NCBI GenBank assembly: GCA_027053075.1
Contig: JALUEE010000049.1
Span: forward strand, 1-14,695
Reading direction: 5' to 3'
DNA: 14,695 bases
Source of the DNA: a candidate division WOR-3 bacterium
GTDB taxonomy: Bacteria; Hydrothermota; Hydrothermia; B15-G9; WFZT01
A program made the translations under genes and the position numbers. Of this stretch, positions 14,695-14,695 are shown in pieces (positions within the stretch are counted from its first letter, which is position 1; the number at the start of each line of letters is the position of its first letter). The notes below the pieces were generated by a model that was not told the DNA's origin, searched no databases, and was given only the letters and a program-made list of their open reading frames with translations.

Positions 14695-14695
14695 G

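Noticed and set aside
1..14695. tRNA/rRNA genes, transposases, prophage or defence genes
   Set aside because: None recognisable. The enzyme hypothesised to act on the repeats is not encoded in this window.

Overview
Chromosomal window from a diderm bacterium, probably FCB-superphylum-like and possibly candidate phylum WOR-3. This is inferred from a T9SS-type C-terminal domain, an outer-membrane beta-barrel and the ValRS motif style, not confirmed by search. Genes left to right: 3' end of an atypical M24 (Xaa-Pro) peptidase (+); a lipoprotein (-); a six-gene minus-strand operon transcribed as YtrA-type GntR, ABC ATPase, ABC-2-type permease, DUF4097-like lipoprotein, DUF4097-like + Omp85-like beta-barrel, and LiaF/toast-rack-like protein, with a clear sigma70 promoter and overlapping YtrA-type operator; valS (-); a divergent GAF-PAS-AAA-HTH sigma54 activator, apparently leaderless (+); and the 3' part of a secreted beta-propeller protein with a T9SS-like sorting domain (-). 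The most striking unannotated structure is a dispersed family of about 12 GC-rich palindromes in the intergenic regions. Many have C-GNA-G triloops, and most carry a mirror-repeat third arm that co-varies with the stem (intrastrand-triplex, BoxC/PIT-like architecture). One near-identical pair flanks the sigma54 activator in inverted orientation. All family assignments come from motif recognition by eye.
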